From assembly GCA_964247055.1 (NCBI GenBank), contig OZ176053.1, forward strand, positions 13,950,001-14,014,000: a stretch of 64,000 bases of DNA, given 5' to 3'. Below are positions 43,194 to 57,600 of this stretch, in pieces (position 1 is the first letter of the stretch; the number at the start of each line of letters is the position of its first letter). This DNA is from Paragordius varius. Lineage: Eukaryota; Animalia; Nematomorpha. The notes under the pieces are model-generated. The model made no database searches, was not told the DNA's origin, and saw only the letters and a program-made list of their open reading frames with translations. The translations under genes were made by a program, and so were the position numbers.

Positions 43194-46100
43194 ATTATGG
43201 CGACATAACCTGATCAAATTTGGATTTTAGGTAGCCATTTTTATTTTTAAAATCGTATAAAATAAATTTTTTAAATATTTAAAAAATTCATAAAAATTAC
43301 ATTTATAGTCCGATCCCCAAAATATTTGGGGTGATGATGGAATTACCATAGGGCTACCCAAAATAATTTATGGTGACATCACCTGATCAAATTTGGATTT
43401 TAGGTAGCCATTTTTATTTTTAATATCGTATAAAATAAATTTTTTAAATATTTAAAAAATTCATAAAAATTACATTTATACTCGATCTCGAAAATATTTG
43501 GGGTAATGATGGAACTACCATAGGGCTACCCAAAAAAAATTATGGTGACATCACCTGATCAAATTTGGATTTTAGGTAGCCATTTTTAAATTTTTAAAAT
43601 CGTATAAAATAAATTTTTTAAATATTTAAAAAATTCATAAAAATTACATTTATACTCCGATCTCGAAAATATTTGGGGTAATGATGGAACTACCATAGGG
43701 CTACCCAAAAAAAATTATGGCGACATCACCTGATGAAATTTAAATTTTAGGTAGCCATTTTTATTTTTAAAATCGTATAAAATAAATTTTTTAAATATTT
43801 AAAAAATTCATAAAAATTACATTTAAAGTCCGATCTCAAAAATATTTGGGGTTATGATGGAACTACCATAGGGCTACCCAAAAAAAATTATGGTGACATC
43901 ACCTGATCAAATTTGGATTTTAGGTAGCCATTTTTATTTTTAAAATCGTATAAAATAAATTTTTAAATATTTAAAAAATTCATAAAAATTACATTTATAC
44001 TCCGATCTCGAAAATATTTGGGGTGATGATGGGACTACCATAGGGCTACCCAAAAAAATTATGGTGACATCACCTGATCAAATTTGGATTTTAGGTAGCC
44101 ATTTTTATTTTTAAAATTGTATAAAATAAATTTTTTAAATATTTAAAAAATTCATAAAAATTACATTTATACTCTGATCTTGAAAATTTTTGGGGTGATG
44201 ATGGAACTACCATAGGGCTACCCAAAAAAATCATAGTGACATCACCTGATCAAATTTGGATTTTAGGTAGCCATTTTTATTTTTAAAATCGTATAAAATA
44301 AATTTTTTAAATATTTAAAAAATTCATAAAAATTATATTTATACTCCGATCTCGAAAATATTTGGGGTGATGATGGAACTACCATAGGGCTACCCAAAAA
44401 AAATTATGGTGACATCACCTGATCAAATTTGGATTTTAGGTAGCCATTTTTATTTTTAAAATCGTATAAAATAAATTTTTTAAATATTTAAAAAATTCAT
44501 AAAAATTACATTTATACTCCGATCTCGAAAATATTTGGGGTGATGATGGAACTACCATAGGGCTACCCAAAAAAATTATGGTGACATCACCTGATCAAAT
44601 TTGGATTTTAGGTAGCCATTTTTATTTTTAAAATTGTATAAAATAAATTTTTTAAATATTTAAAAAATTCATAAAAATTACATTTATACTCTGATCTTGA
44701 AAATATTTGGGGTGATGATGGAACTACCATAGGGCTACCCAAAAAAATCATAGTGACATCACCTGATCAAATTTGGATTTTAGGTAGCCATTTTTATTTT
44801 TAAAATCGTATAAAATAAATTTTTTAAATATTTAAAAAATTCATAAAAATTATATTTATACTCCGATCTCGAAAATATTTGGGGTGATGATGGAACTACC
44901 ATAGGGCTACCCAAAAAAAATTATGGCGACATCACCTGATTAAATTTGGATTTTAGGTAGCCATTTTTATTTTTAAAATCGTATAAAATAAATTTTTTAA
45001 ATATTTAAAAAATTCATAAAAATTACATTTATAGTCCGATCCCCAAAATATTTGGGGTGATGATGGAATTACCATAGGGCTACCCAAAAAAATTTATGGT
45101 GACATCACCTGATCAAATTTGGATTTTAGGTAGCCATTTTTATTTTTAATATCGTATAAAATAAATTTTTTAAATATTTAAAAAATTCATAAAAATTACA
45201 TTTATACTCCGATCTCGAAAATATTTGGGGTAATGATGGAACTACCATAGGGCTACCCGAAAAAAATTATGGTGACATCACCTGATCAAATTTGGATTTT
45301 AGGTAGCCATTTTTATATTTTTAAAATCGTATAAAATAAATTTTTTAAATATTTAAAAAATTCATAAAAATTACATTTATACTCCGATCTCGAAAATATT
45401 TGGGGTAATGATGGAACTACCATAGGGCTACCCAAAAAAAATTATGGCGACATCACCTGATGAAATTTAAATTTTAGGTAGCCATTTTTATTTTTAAAAT
45501 CGTATAAAATAAATTTTTTAAATATTTAAAAAATTCATAAAAATTACATTTAAAGTCCGATCTCAAAAATATTTGGGGTTATGATGGAACTACCATAGGG
45601 CTACCCAAAAAAAATTATGGTGACATCACCTGATCAAATTTGGATTTTAGGTAGCCATTTTTATTTTTAAAATCGTATAAAATAAATTTTTTAAATATTT
45701 AAAAAATTCATAAAAATTACATTTATACTCCGATCTCGAAAATATTTGGGGTGATGATGGAACTACCATAGGGCTACCCAAAAAAATTATGGCGACATCA
45801 CCTGATGAAATTTAAATTTTAGGTAGCCATTTTTATTTTTAAAATCGTATAAAATAAATTTTTTAAATATTTAAAAACTTCATAAAAATTACATTTATAG
45901 TCCGATCCCCAAAATATTTGGGGTGATGATGGAACTACCATAGGGCTACCCAAAAAAAATTATGGCGACATCACCTGATTAAATTTGGATTTTAGGTAGC
46001 CATTTTTATTTTTAAAATCGTATAAAATAAATTTTTTAAATATTTAAAAAATTCATAAAAATTACATTTATAGTCCGATCCCCAAAATATTTGGGGTGAT

Positions 46101-49100
46101 GATGGAATTACCATAGGGCTACCCAAAAAAATTTATGGTGACATCACCTGATCAAATTTGGATTTTAGGTAGCCATTTTTATTTTTAATATCGTATAAAA
46201 TAAATTTTTTAAATATTTAAAAAATTCATAAAAATTACATTTATACTCCGATCTCGAAAATATTTGGGGTAATGATGGAACTACCATAGGGCTACCCAAA
46301 AAAAATTATGGTGACATCACCTGATCAAATTTGGATTTTAGGTAGCCATTTTTATATTTTTAAAATCGTATAAAATAAATTTTTTAAATATTTAAAAAAT
46401 TCATAAAAATTACATTTATACTCCGATCTCGAAAATATTTGGGGTAATGATGGAACTACCATAGGGCTACCCAAAAAAAATTATGGCGACATCACCTGAT
46501 GAAATTTAAATTTTAGGTAGCCATTTTTATTTTTAAAATCGTATAAAATAAATTTTTTAAATATTTAAAAAATTCATAAAAATTACATTTAAAGTCCGAT
46601 CTCAAAAATATTTGGGGTTATGATGGAACTACCATAGGGCTACCCAAAAAAAATTATGGTGACATCACCTGATCAAATTTGGATTTTAGGTAGCCATTTT
46701 TATTTTTAAAATCGTATAAAATAAATTTTTTAAATATTTAAAAAATTCATAAAAATTACATTTATACTCCGATCTCGAAAATATTTGGGGTGATGATGGA
46801 ACTACCATAGGGCTACCCAAAAAAATTATGGCGACATCACCTGATGAAATTTAAATTTTAGGTAGCCATTTTTATTTTTAAAATCGTATAAAATAAATTT
46901 TTTAAATATTTAAAAACTTCATAAAAATTACATTTATAGTCCGATCCCCAAAATATTTGGGGTGATGATGGAACTACCATAGGGCTACCCAAAAAAAATT
47001 ATGGCGATATCACCTGATCAAATTTGGATTTTAGGTAGCCATTTTTATTTTTAAAATCGTATAAAATAAATTTTTTAAATATTTAAAAAATTCATAAAAA
47101 TTACATTTATATTCCGATCTCGACAATATTTGGGGTGATGATGGAACTACCATAGGGCTACCCAAAAAAAATTATGGCGACATTACCTGATGAAATTTAA
47201 ATTTTAGGTAGCCATTTTTATTTTTAAAATCGTATAAAATAAATTTTTTAAATATTTAAAAAATTCATAAAAATTACATTTATACTCCGATCTCGAAAAT
47301 ATTTGGGGTGATGATGGAACTACCATAGGGCTACCCAAAAAAAATTATGGTGACATCACCTGATAAATTTGGATTTTAGGTAGCCATTTTTATTTTTAAA
47401 ATCGTATAAAATAAATTTTTTAAATATTTAAAAACTTCATAAAAATTACATTTATAGTCCGATCCCCAAAATATTTGGGGTGATGATGGAACTACCATAG
47501 GGCTACCCAAAAAAAATTATGGCGATATCACCTGATCAAATTTGGATTTTAGGTAGCCATTTTTATTTTTAAAATCGTATAAAATAAATTTTTTAAATAT
47601 TTAAAAAATTCATAAAAATTACATTTATATTCCGATCTCGACAATATTTGGGGTGATGATGGAACTACCATAGGGCTACCCAAAAAAAATTATGGCGACA
47701 TTACCTGATGAAATTTAAATTTTAGGTAGCCATTTTTATTTTTAAAATCGTATAAAATAAATTTTTTAAATATTTAAAAAATTCATAAAAATTACATTTA
47801 TATTCCGATCTCGACAATATTTGGGGTGATGATGGAACTACCATAGGGCTACCCAAAAAAAATTATGGCGACATTACCTGATGAAATTTAAATTTTAGGT
47901 AGCCATTTTTATTTTTAAAATCGTATAAAATAAATTTTTTAAATATTTAAAAAATTCATAAAAATTACATTTATACTCCGATCTCGAAAATATTTGGGGT
48001 GATGATGGAACTACCATAGGGCTACCCAAAAAAATTATGGCGACATCACCTGATGAAATTTAAATTTTAGGTAGCCATTTTTATTTTTAAAATCGTATAA
48101 AATAAATTTTTTAAATATTTAAAAACTTCATAAAAATTACATTTATAGTCCGATCCCCAAAATATTTGGGGTGATGATGGAACTACCATAGGGCTACCCA
48201 AAAAAAATTATGGCGACATCACCTGATTAAATTTGGATTTTAGGTAGCCATTTTTATTTTTAAAATCGTATAAAATAAATTTTTTAAATATTTAAAAAAT
48301 TCATAAAAATTACATTTATAGTCCGATCCCCAAAATATTTGGGGTGATGATGGAATTACCATAGGGCTACCCAAAAAAATTTATGGTGACATCACCTGAT
48401 CAAATTTGGATTTTAGGTAGCCATTTTTATTTTTAATATCGTATAAAATAAATTTTTTAAATATTTAAAAAATTCATAAAAATTACATTTATACTCCGAT
48501 CTCGAAAATATTTGGGGTAATGATGGAACTACCATAGGGCTACCCAAAAAAAATTATGGTGACATCACCTGATCAAATTTGGATTTTAGGTAGCCATTTT
48601 TATATTTTTAAAATCGTATAAAATAAATTTTTTAAATATTTAAAAAATTCATAAAAATTACATTTATACTCCGATCTCGAAAATATTTGGGGTAATGATG
48701 GAACTACCATAGGGCTACCCAAAAAAAATTATGGCGACATCACCTGATGAAATTTAAATTTTAGGTAGCCATTTTTATTTTTAAAATCGTATAAAATAAA
48801 TTTTTTAAATATTTAAAAAATTCATAAAAATTACATTTAAAGTCCGATCTCAAAAATATTTGGGGTTATGATGGAACTACCATAGGGCTACCCAAAAAAA
48901 ATTATGGTGACATCACCTGATCAAATTTGGATTTTAGGTAGCCATTTTTATTTTTAAAATCGTATAAAATAAATTTTTTAAATATTTAAAAAATTCATAA
49001 AAATTACATTTATACTCCGATCTCGAAAATATTTGGGGTGATGATGGAACTACCATAGGGCTACCCAAAAAAATTATGGCGACATCACCTGATGAAATTT

Positions 49101-52100
49101 AAATTTTAGGTAGCCATTTTTATTTTTAAAATCGTATAAAATAAATTTTTTAAATATTTAAAAACTTCATAAAAATTACATTTATAGTCCGATCCCCAAA
49201 ATATTTGGGGTGATGATGGAACTACCATAGGGCTACCCAAAAAAAATTATGGCGATATCACCTGATCAAATTTGGATTTTAGGTAGCCATTTTTATTTTT
49301 AAAATCGTATAAAATAAATTTTTTAAATATTTAAAAAATTCATAAAAATTACATTTATATTCCGATCTCGACAATATTTGGGGTGATGATGGAACTACCA
49401 TAGGGCTACCCAAAAAAAATTATGGCGACATTACCTGATGAAATTTAAATTTTAGGTAGCCATTTTTATTTTTAAAATCGTATAAAATAAATTTTTTAAA
49501 TATTTAAAAAATTCATAAAAATTACATTTATACTCCGATCTCGAAAATATTTGGGGTGATGATGGAACTACCATAGGGCTACCCAAAAAAAATTATGGTG
49601 ACATCACCTGATAAATTTGGATTTTAGGTAGCCATTTTTATTTTTAAAATCGTATAAAATAAATTTTTTAAATATTTAAAAACTTCATAAAAATTACATT
49701 TATAGTCCGATCCCCAAAATATTTGGGGTGATGATGGAACTACCATAGGGCTACCCAAAAAAAATTATGGCGACATCACCTGATCAAATTTGGATTATAG
49801 GTAGCCATTTTTATTTTTAAAATCGTATAAAATAAATTTTTTAAATATTTAAAAAATTCATAAAAATTACTTTTATACTCCGATCTCGAAAATATTTGGG
49901 ATGATGATGGAACTACCATAGGGCTACCCAAAAAAAATTATGGTGACATCACCTGATCAAATTTGGATTTTAGGTAGCCATTTTTATTTTTAAAATCGTA
50001 TAAAATAAATTTTTTAAATATTTAAAAAATTCATAAAAATTACACTTATACTCCGATCTCTACAATATTTGGGGTGATGATGGAACTACCATAGGGCTAC
50101 CCAAAAAAAATTATGGTGACATCACCTGATCAAATTTAGATTTTAGGTAGCCATTTTTATTTTTAAAATCGTATAAAATAAATTTTTTAAATATTTAAAA
50201 AATTCAAAAAAATTACATTTATACTCCGATCTCGACAATATTTGGGGTGATGATGGAATTACCATAGGGCTACCCAAAAAAAATTATGGTGACATCACCT
50301 GATCAAATTTGGATTTTAGGTAGCCATTTTTATTTCTAAAATCGAAAATAAATTTTTTAAATATTTAAAAAATTCATAAAAATTACATTTATACTCCGAT
50401 CTCGAAAATATTTTAGGTGATGATGGAACTACCATAGGGCTACCCAAAAAAAATTATGGCGACATCACCTGATGAAATTTAAATTTTAGGTAGCCATTTT
50501 TATTTTTAAAATCGTATAAAATAAATTTTTTAAATATTTAAAAAATTCATAAAAATTACATTTATACTCCGATCTCTACAATATTTGGGGTGATGATGGA
50601 ACTACCATAGGGCTACCCAAAAAAAATTATGGTGACATCACCTGATCAATTTTAGATTTTAGGTAGCCATTTTTATTTTTAAAATCGTATAAAATAAATT
50701 TTTTAAATATTTAAAAAATTCAAAAAAATTACATTTATACTCCGATCTCGACAATATTTGGGGTGATGATGGAATTACCATAGGGCTACCCAAAAAAAAT
50801 TATGGTGACATCACCTGATCAAATTTGGATTTTAGGTAGCCATTTTTATTTCTAAAATCGAAAATAAATTTTTTAAATATTTAAAAAATTCATAAAAATT
50901 ACATTTATACTCCGATCTCGAAAATATTTTAGGTGATGATGGAACTACCATAGGGCTACCCAAAAAAAATTATGGCGACATCACCTGATGAAATTTAAAT
51001 TTTAGGTAGCCATTTTTATTTTTAAAATCGTATAAAATAAATTTTTAAAATATTTAAAAAATTCATAAAAATTACATTTAAAGTCCGATCTCAAAAATAT
51101 TTGGGGTTATGATGGAACTACCATAGGGCTACCCAAAAAAAATTATGGTGACATCACCTGATCAAATTTGGATTTTAGGTAGCCATTTTTATTTTTAAAA
51201 TCGTATAAAATAAATTTTTTAAATATTTAAAAAATTCATAAAAATTACATTTATACTCCGATCTCGAAAATATTTGGGGTGATGATGGAACTACCATAGG
51301 GCTACCCAAAAAAAATTATGGTGACATCACCTGATCAAATTTGGATTTTAGGTAGCCATTTTTATTTTTAAAATCGTATAAAATAAATTTTTTAAATATT
51401 TAAAAAATTCATAAAAATTACATTTATAGTCCGATCCCCAAAATATTTGGGGTGATGATGGAACTACCATAGGGCTACCCAAAAAAAATTATGGTGACAT
51501 CACCTGATCAAATTTGGATTTTAGGTAGCCATTTTTATTTTTAAAATCATATAAAATAAATTTTTTAAATATTTAAAAAATTCATAAAAATTACATTTAT
51601 ACTCCGATCTCGAAAATATTTGGGATGATGATGGAACTACCATCGGGCTACCCAAAAAAAATTATGGTGACATCACCTGATCAAATTTGGATTTTAGGTA
51701 GCTATTTTTATTTTTAAAATCGTATAAAATAAATTTTTTAAATATTTAAAAATTTCATAAAAATTACATTTATACTCCGATCTCGACAATATTTGGGGTG
51801 ATGATGGAACTACCATAGGGCTACCCAAAAAAAATTATGGTGACATCACCTGATCAAATTTGGATTTTAGGTAGCCATTTTTATTTTTAAAATCGTATAA
51901 AATAAATTTTTTAAATATTAAAAAAATTCATAAAAATTACATTTATACTCCGATCTCGAAAATATCTTAGGTGATGATGGAACTACCATAGGGCTACCCA
52001 AAAAAAATTATGGCGACATCACCTGATGAAATTTAAATTTTAGGTAGCCATTTTTATTTTTAAAATCGTATAAAATAAATTTTTTAAATATTTAAAAACT

Positions 52101-54690
52101 TCATAAAAATTACATTTATAGTCCGATCCCCAAAATATTTGGTGATGATGGAACTACCATAGGGCTACCCAAAAAAAATTATGGCGATATCACCTGATCA
52201 AATTTGGATTTTAGGTAGCCATTTTTATTTTTAAAATCGTATAAAATAAATTTTTTAAATATTTAAAAAATTCAAAAAAATTACATTTATACTCCGATCT
52301 CGACAATATTTGGGGTGATGATGGAACTACCATAGGGCTACCCAAAAAAAATTATGGTGACATCACCTGATCAAATTCGGATTTTAGGTAGCCATTTTTA
52401 TTTTTAAAATCGTATAAAATAAATTTTTTAAATATTTAAAAAATTCATAAAAATTACATTTATACTCCGATCTCGAAAATATTTGGGGTGATGATGGAAC
52501 TACCATAGGGCTACCCAAAAAAAATTATGGTGACATCACCTGATCAAATTTGGATTTTAGGTAGCCATTTTTATTTTTAAAATCGTATAAAATAAATTTT
52601 TTAAATATTTAAAAAATTCATAAAAATTATATTTATACTCCGATCTCGAAAATATTTGGGGTGATGATGGAACTACCATAGGGCTACCCAAAAAAAATTA
52701 TGGTGACATAACCTGATCAAATTTGGATTTTAGGTAGCCATTTTTATTTTTAAAATCGTATAAAATAAATTTTTTAAATATTTAAAAAATTCATAAAAAT
52801 TACATTTATACTCCGATCTCGAAAATATTTGGGGTAATGATGGAACTACCATAGGGCTACCCAAAAAAAATTATGGCGACATCACCTGATGAAATTTAAA
52901 TTTTAGGTAGCCATTTTTATTTTTAAAATCGTATAAAATAAATTTTTTAAATATTTAAAAAATTCATAAAAATTACATTTAAAGTCCGATCTCAAAAATA
53001 TTTGGGGTTATGATGGAACAACCATAGGGCTACCCAAAAAAAATTATGGTGACATCACCTGATCAAATTTGGATTTTAGGTAGCCATTTTTATTTTTAAA
53101 ATCGTATAAAATAAATTTTTAAATATTTAAAAAGATCATAAAAATTACATTTATACTCCGATCTCGAAAATATTTTAGGTGATGATGGAACTACCATAGG
53201 GCTACCCAAAAAAAAATATGGCGACATCACCTGATGAAATTTAAATTTTAGGTAGCCATTTTTATTTTTAAAATCGTATAAAATAAATTTTTTAAATATT
53301 TAAAAAATTCATAAAAATTACATTTAAAGTCCGATCTCAAAAATATTTGGGGTTATGATGGAACTACCATAGGGCTACCCAAAAAAAATTATGGTGACAT
53401 CACCTGATCAAATTTGGATTTTAGGTAGCCATTTTTATTTTTAAAATCGTATAAAATAAATTTTTTAAATATTTAAAAAATTCATAAAAATTACATTTAT
53501 ACTCCGATCTCGAAAATATTTGAGGTGATGATGGAACTACCATAGGGCTACCCAAAAAAATTATGGCGACATCACCTGATGAAATTTAAATTTTAGGTAG
53601 CCATTTTTATTTTTAAAATCGTATAAAATAAATTTTTTAAATATTTAAAAACTTCATAAAAATTACATTTATAGTCCGATCCCCAAAATATTTGGGGTGA
53701 TGATGGAACTACCATAGGGCTACCCAAAAAAAATTATGGCGATATCACCTGATCAAATTTGGATTTTAGGTAGCCATTTTTATTTTTAAAATCGTATAAA
53801 ATAAATTTTTTAAATATTTAAAAAATTCATAAAAATTACATTTATACTCCGATCTCGACAATATTTGGGGTGATGATGGAACTACCATAGGGCTACCCAA
53901 AAAAAATTATGGCGACATCACCTGATGAAATTTAAATTTTAGGTAGCCATTTTTATTTTTAAAATCGTATAAAATAAATTTTTTAAATATTTAAAAAATT
54001 CATAAAAATTACATTTATACTCCGATCTCGAAAATATTTGGGGTGATGATGGAACTACCATAGGGCTACCCAAAAAAAATTATGGTGACATCACCTGATA
54101 AATTTGGATTTTAGGTAGCCATTTTTATTTTTAAAATCGTATAAAATAAATTTTTTAAATATTTAAAAACTTCATAAAAATTACATTTATAGTCCGATCC
54201 CCAAAATATTTGGGGTGATGATGGAACTACCATAGGGCTACCCAAAAAAAATTATGGCGACATCACCTGATCAAATTTGGATTATAGGTAGCCATTTTTA
54301 TTTTTAAAATCGTATAAAATAAATTTTTTAAATATTTAAAAAATTCATAAAAATTACTTTTATACTCCGATCTCGAAAATATTTGGGATGATGATGGAAC
54401 TACCATAGGGCTACCCAAAAAAAATTATGGTGACATCACCTGATCAAATTTGGATTTTAGGTAGCCATTTTTATTTTTAAAATCGTATAAAATAAATTTT
54501 TTAAATATTTAAAAAATTCATAAAAATTACACTTATACTCCGATCTCTACAATATTTGGGGTGATGATGGAACTACCATAGGGCTACCCAAAAAAAATTA
54601 TGGTGACATCACCTGATCAAATTTAGATTTTAGGTAGCCATTTTTATTTTTAAAATCGTATAAAATAAATTTTTTAAATATTTAAAAAAT
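43194..54690 (+). repeat. Satellite domain A (second block)
   Basis: Carries the same diagnostic variants as 1-13985. The segment 44403-~54690 is a near-exact copy of 1-~10115. Confidence 0.92.
44920..46997 (+). repeat. 6-monomer HOR, 2 tandem copies of 1,039 bp
   Basis: Units start at 44920 and 45959, and each contains the 175-bp TTTTTATATTTTT insertion monomer. Equivalent units lie at 518-1556 and 3630-4668, with a 5-monomer truncated unit at 1557-2420. Confidence 0.9.
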
Positions 54691-57600
54691 TCAAAAAATT
54701 ACAGTTATACTCCCATCTCGACAATATTTGGGGTGATGATGGAACTACCATAGGGCTACCCAAAAAAAATTATGGTGACATCACCTGATCAAATTTGGAT
54801 TTTAGGTAGCCATTTTTATTTTTAAAATCGTATAAAATAAATTTTTTAAATATTTAAAAAATTCAAAAAATTACATTTATACTCCGATCTCGACAATATT
54901 TGGGGTGATGATGGAATTACCATAGGGCTACTCAAAAAAAATTATGGTGACATCACCTGATCAAATCTGGATTTTAGGTAGCCATTTTTATTTTTAAAAT
55001 CGTATAAAATAAATTTTTTAAATATTTAAAAAATTCAAAAAATTACATTTATACTCCGATCTCGAAAATATTTGGGGTGATGATGGAATTACCATAGGGC
55101 TACCCAAAAAAAATTATGGCGACATCACCTGATCAAATCTGGATTTTAGGTAGCCATTTTTATTTTTAAAATCGTATAAAATAAATTTTTTAAATATTTA
55201 AAAAATTCATAAAAATTACATTTATACTCCGATCTCGAAAATTTTTGGGGTGATGATGGAACTACCATAGGCTACCCAAAAAAATTATGGTGACATCACC
55301 TGATCAAATTTGGATTTTAGGTAGCCATTTTTATTTTTAAAATCGTATAAAATAAATTTTTTAAATATTTAAAAAATTCATAAAAATTATATTTATACTC
55401 CGATCTCGAAAATATTTGGGGTGATGATGGAACTACCATAGGGCTACCCAAAAAAAATTATGGCGACATCACCTGATTAAATTTGGATTTTAGTTAGCCA
55501 TTTTTATTTTTAAAATCGTATAAAATAAATTTTTTAAATATTTAAAAAATTCAAAAAATTACAGTTATACTCCCATCTCGACAATATTTGGGGTGATGAT
55601 GGAACTACCATAGGGCTACCCAAAAAAAATTATGGTGACATCACCTGATCAAATTTGGATTTTAGGTAGCCATTTTTATTTTTAAAATCGTATAAAATAA
55701 ATTTTTTAAATATTTAAAAAATTCAAAAAATTACATTTATACTCCGATCTCGACAATATTTGGGGTGATGATGGAATTACCATAGGGCTACTCAAAAAAA
55801 ATTATGGTGACATCACCTGATCAAATCTGGATTTTAGGTAGCCATTTTTATTTTTAAAATCGTATAAAATAAATTTTTTAAATATTTAAAAAATTCAAAA
55901 AATTACATTTATACTCCGATCTCGAAAATATTTGGGGTGATGATGGAATTACCATAGGGCTACCCAAAAAAAATTATGGCGACATCACCTGATCAAATCT
56001 GGATTTTAGGTAGCCATTTTTATTTTTAAAATCGTATAAAATAAATTTTTTAAATATTTAAAAAATTCATAAAAATTACATTTATACTCCGATCTCGAAA
56101 ATTTTTGGGGTGATGATGGAACTACCATAGGCTACCCAAAAAAATTATGGTGACATCACCTGATCAAATTTGGATTTTAGGTAGCCATTTTTATTTTTAA
56201 AATCGTATAAAATAAACTTTTTAAATATTTAAAAAATTCATAAAAATTATATTTATACTCCGATCTCGAAAATATTTGGGGTGATGATGGAACTACCATA
56301 GAGCTACCCAAAAAAAATTATGGTGACATAACCTGATCAAATTTGGATTTTAGGTAGCCATTTTTATTTTTAAAATCGTATAAAATAAATTTTTTAAATA
56401 TTTAAAAACTTCATAAAAATTACATTTATACTCCGATCTCGAAAATATTTGGGGTGATGATGGAACTACCATAGGGCTACCCAAAAAAAATTATGGTGAC
56501 ATCACCTGATCAAATTTGGATTTTAGTTAGCCATTTTTATTTTTAAAATCGTATAAAATAAATTTTTTAAATATTTAAAAAATTCATAAAAATTACATTT
56601 ATACTCCGATCTCGAAAATATTTGGGGTGATGATGGAACTATCATAGGGCTACCCAAAAAAATTATAGTGACATCACCTGCTCAAATTTGGATTTTAGGT
56701 AGCCATTTTTATTTTTAAAATCGTATAAAATAAATTTTTTAAATATTTAAAAAATTCATAAAAATTATATTTATACTCCGATCTCGAAAATATTTGGGGT
56801 GATGATGGAACTACCATAGGGCTACCCAAAAAAAATTATGGTGACATAACCTGATCAAATTTGGATTTTAGGTAGCCATTTTTATTTTTCAAATCGTATA
56901 AAATAAATTTTTTAAATATATAAAAAATTCATAAAAATTACATTTATACTCCGATCTCGAAAATATTTGGGGTGATGATGGAACTACCATAGGGCTACCC
57001 AAAAAAAATTATGGTGACATCACCTGATCAAATTTGGATTTTAGGTAGCCATTTTTATTTTTAAAATCGTATAAAATAAATTTTTTAAATATTTAAAAAA
57101 TTCAGAAAAATTACATTTATACTCCGATCTCGACAATATTTGGGGTGATGATGGAATTACCATAGGGCTTCCCAAAAAAAATTATGGCGACATCACCTGA
57201 TCAAATTTGGATTTTAGTTAGCCATTTTTATTTTTAAAATCGTATAAAATAAATTTTTTAAATATTTAAAAAATTCAAAAAATTACATTTATACTCCGAT
57301 CTCGACAATATTTGGGGTGATGATGGAATTACCATAGGGCTACCCAAAAAAAATTATGGTGACATCTCCTGATCAAATTTGGATTTTAGGTAGCCATTTT
57401 TATTTTTAAAATCGTATAAAATAAATTTTTTAAATATTTAAAAAATTCAAAAAAATTACATTTATACTCCGATCTCGACAATATTTGGGGTGATGATGGA
57501 ATTACCATAGGGCTACCCAAAAAAAATTATGGTGACATCACCTGATCAAATCTGGATTTTAGGTAGCCATTTTTATTTTTAAAATCGTATAAAATAAATT

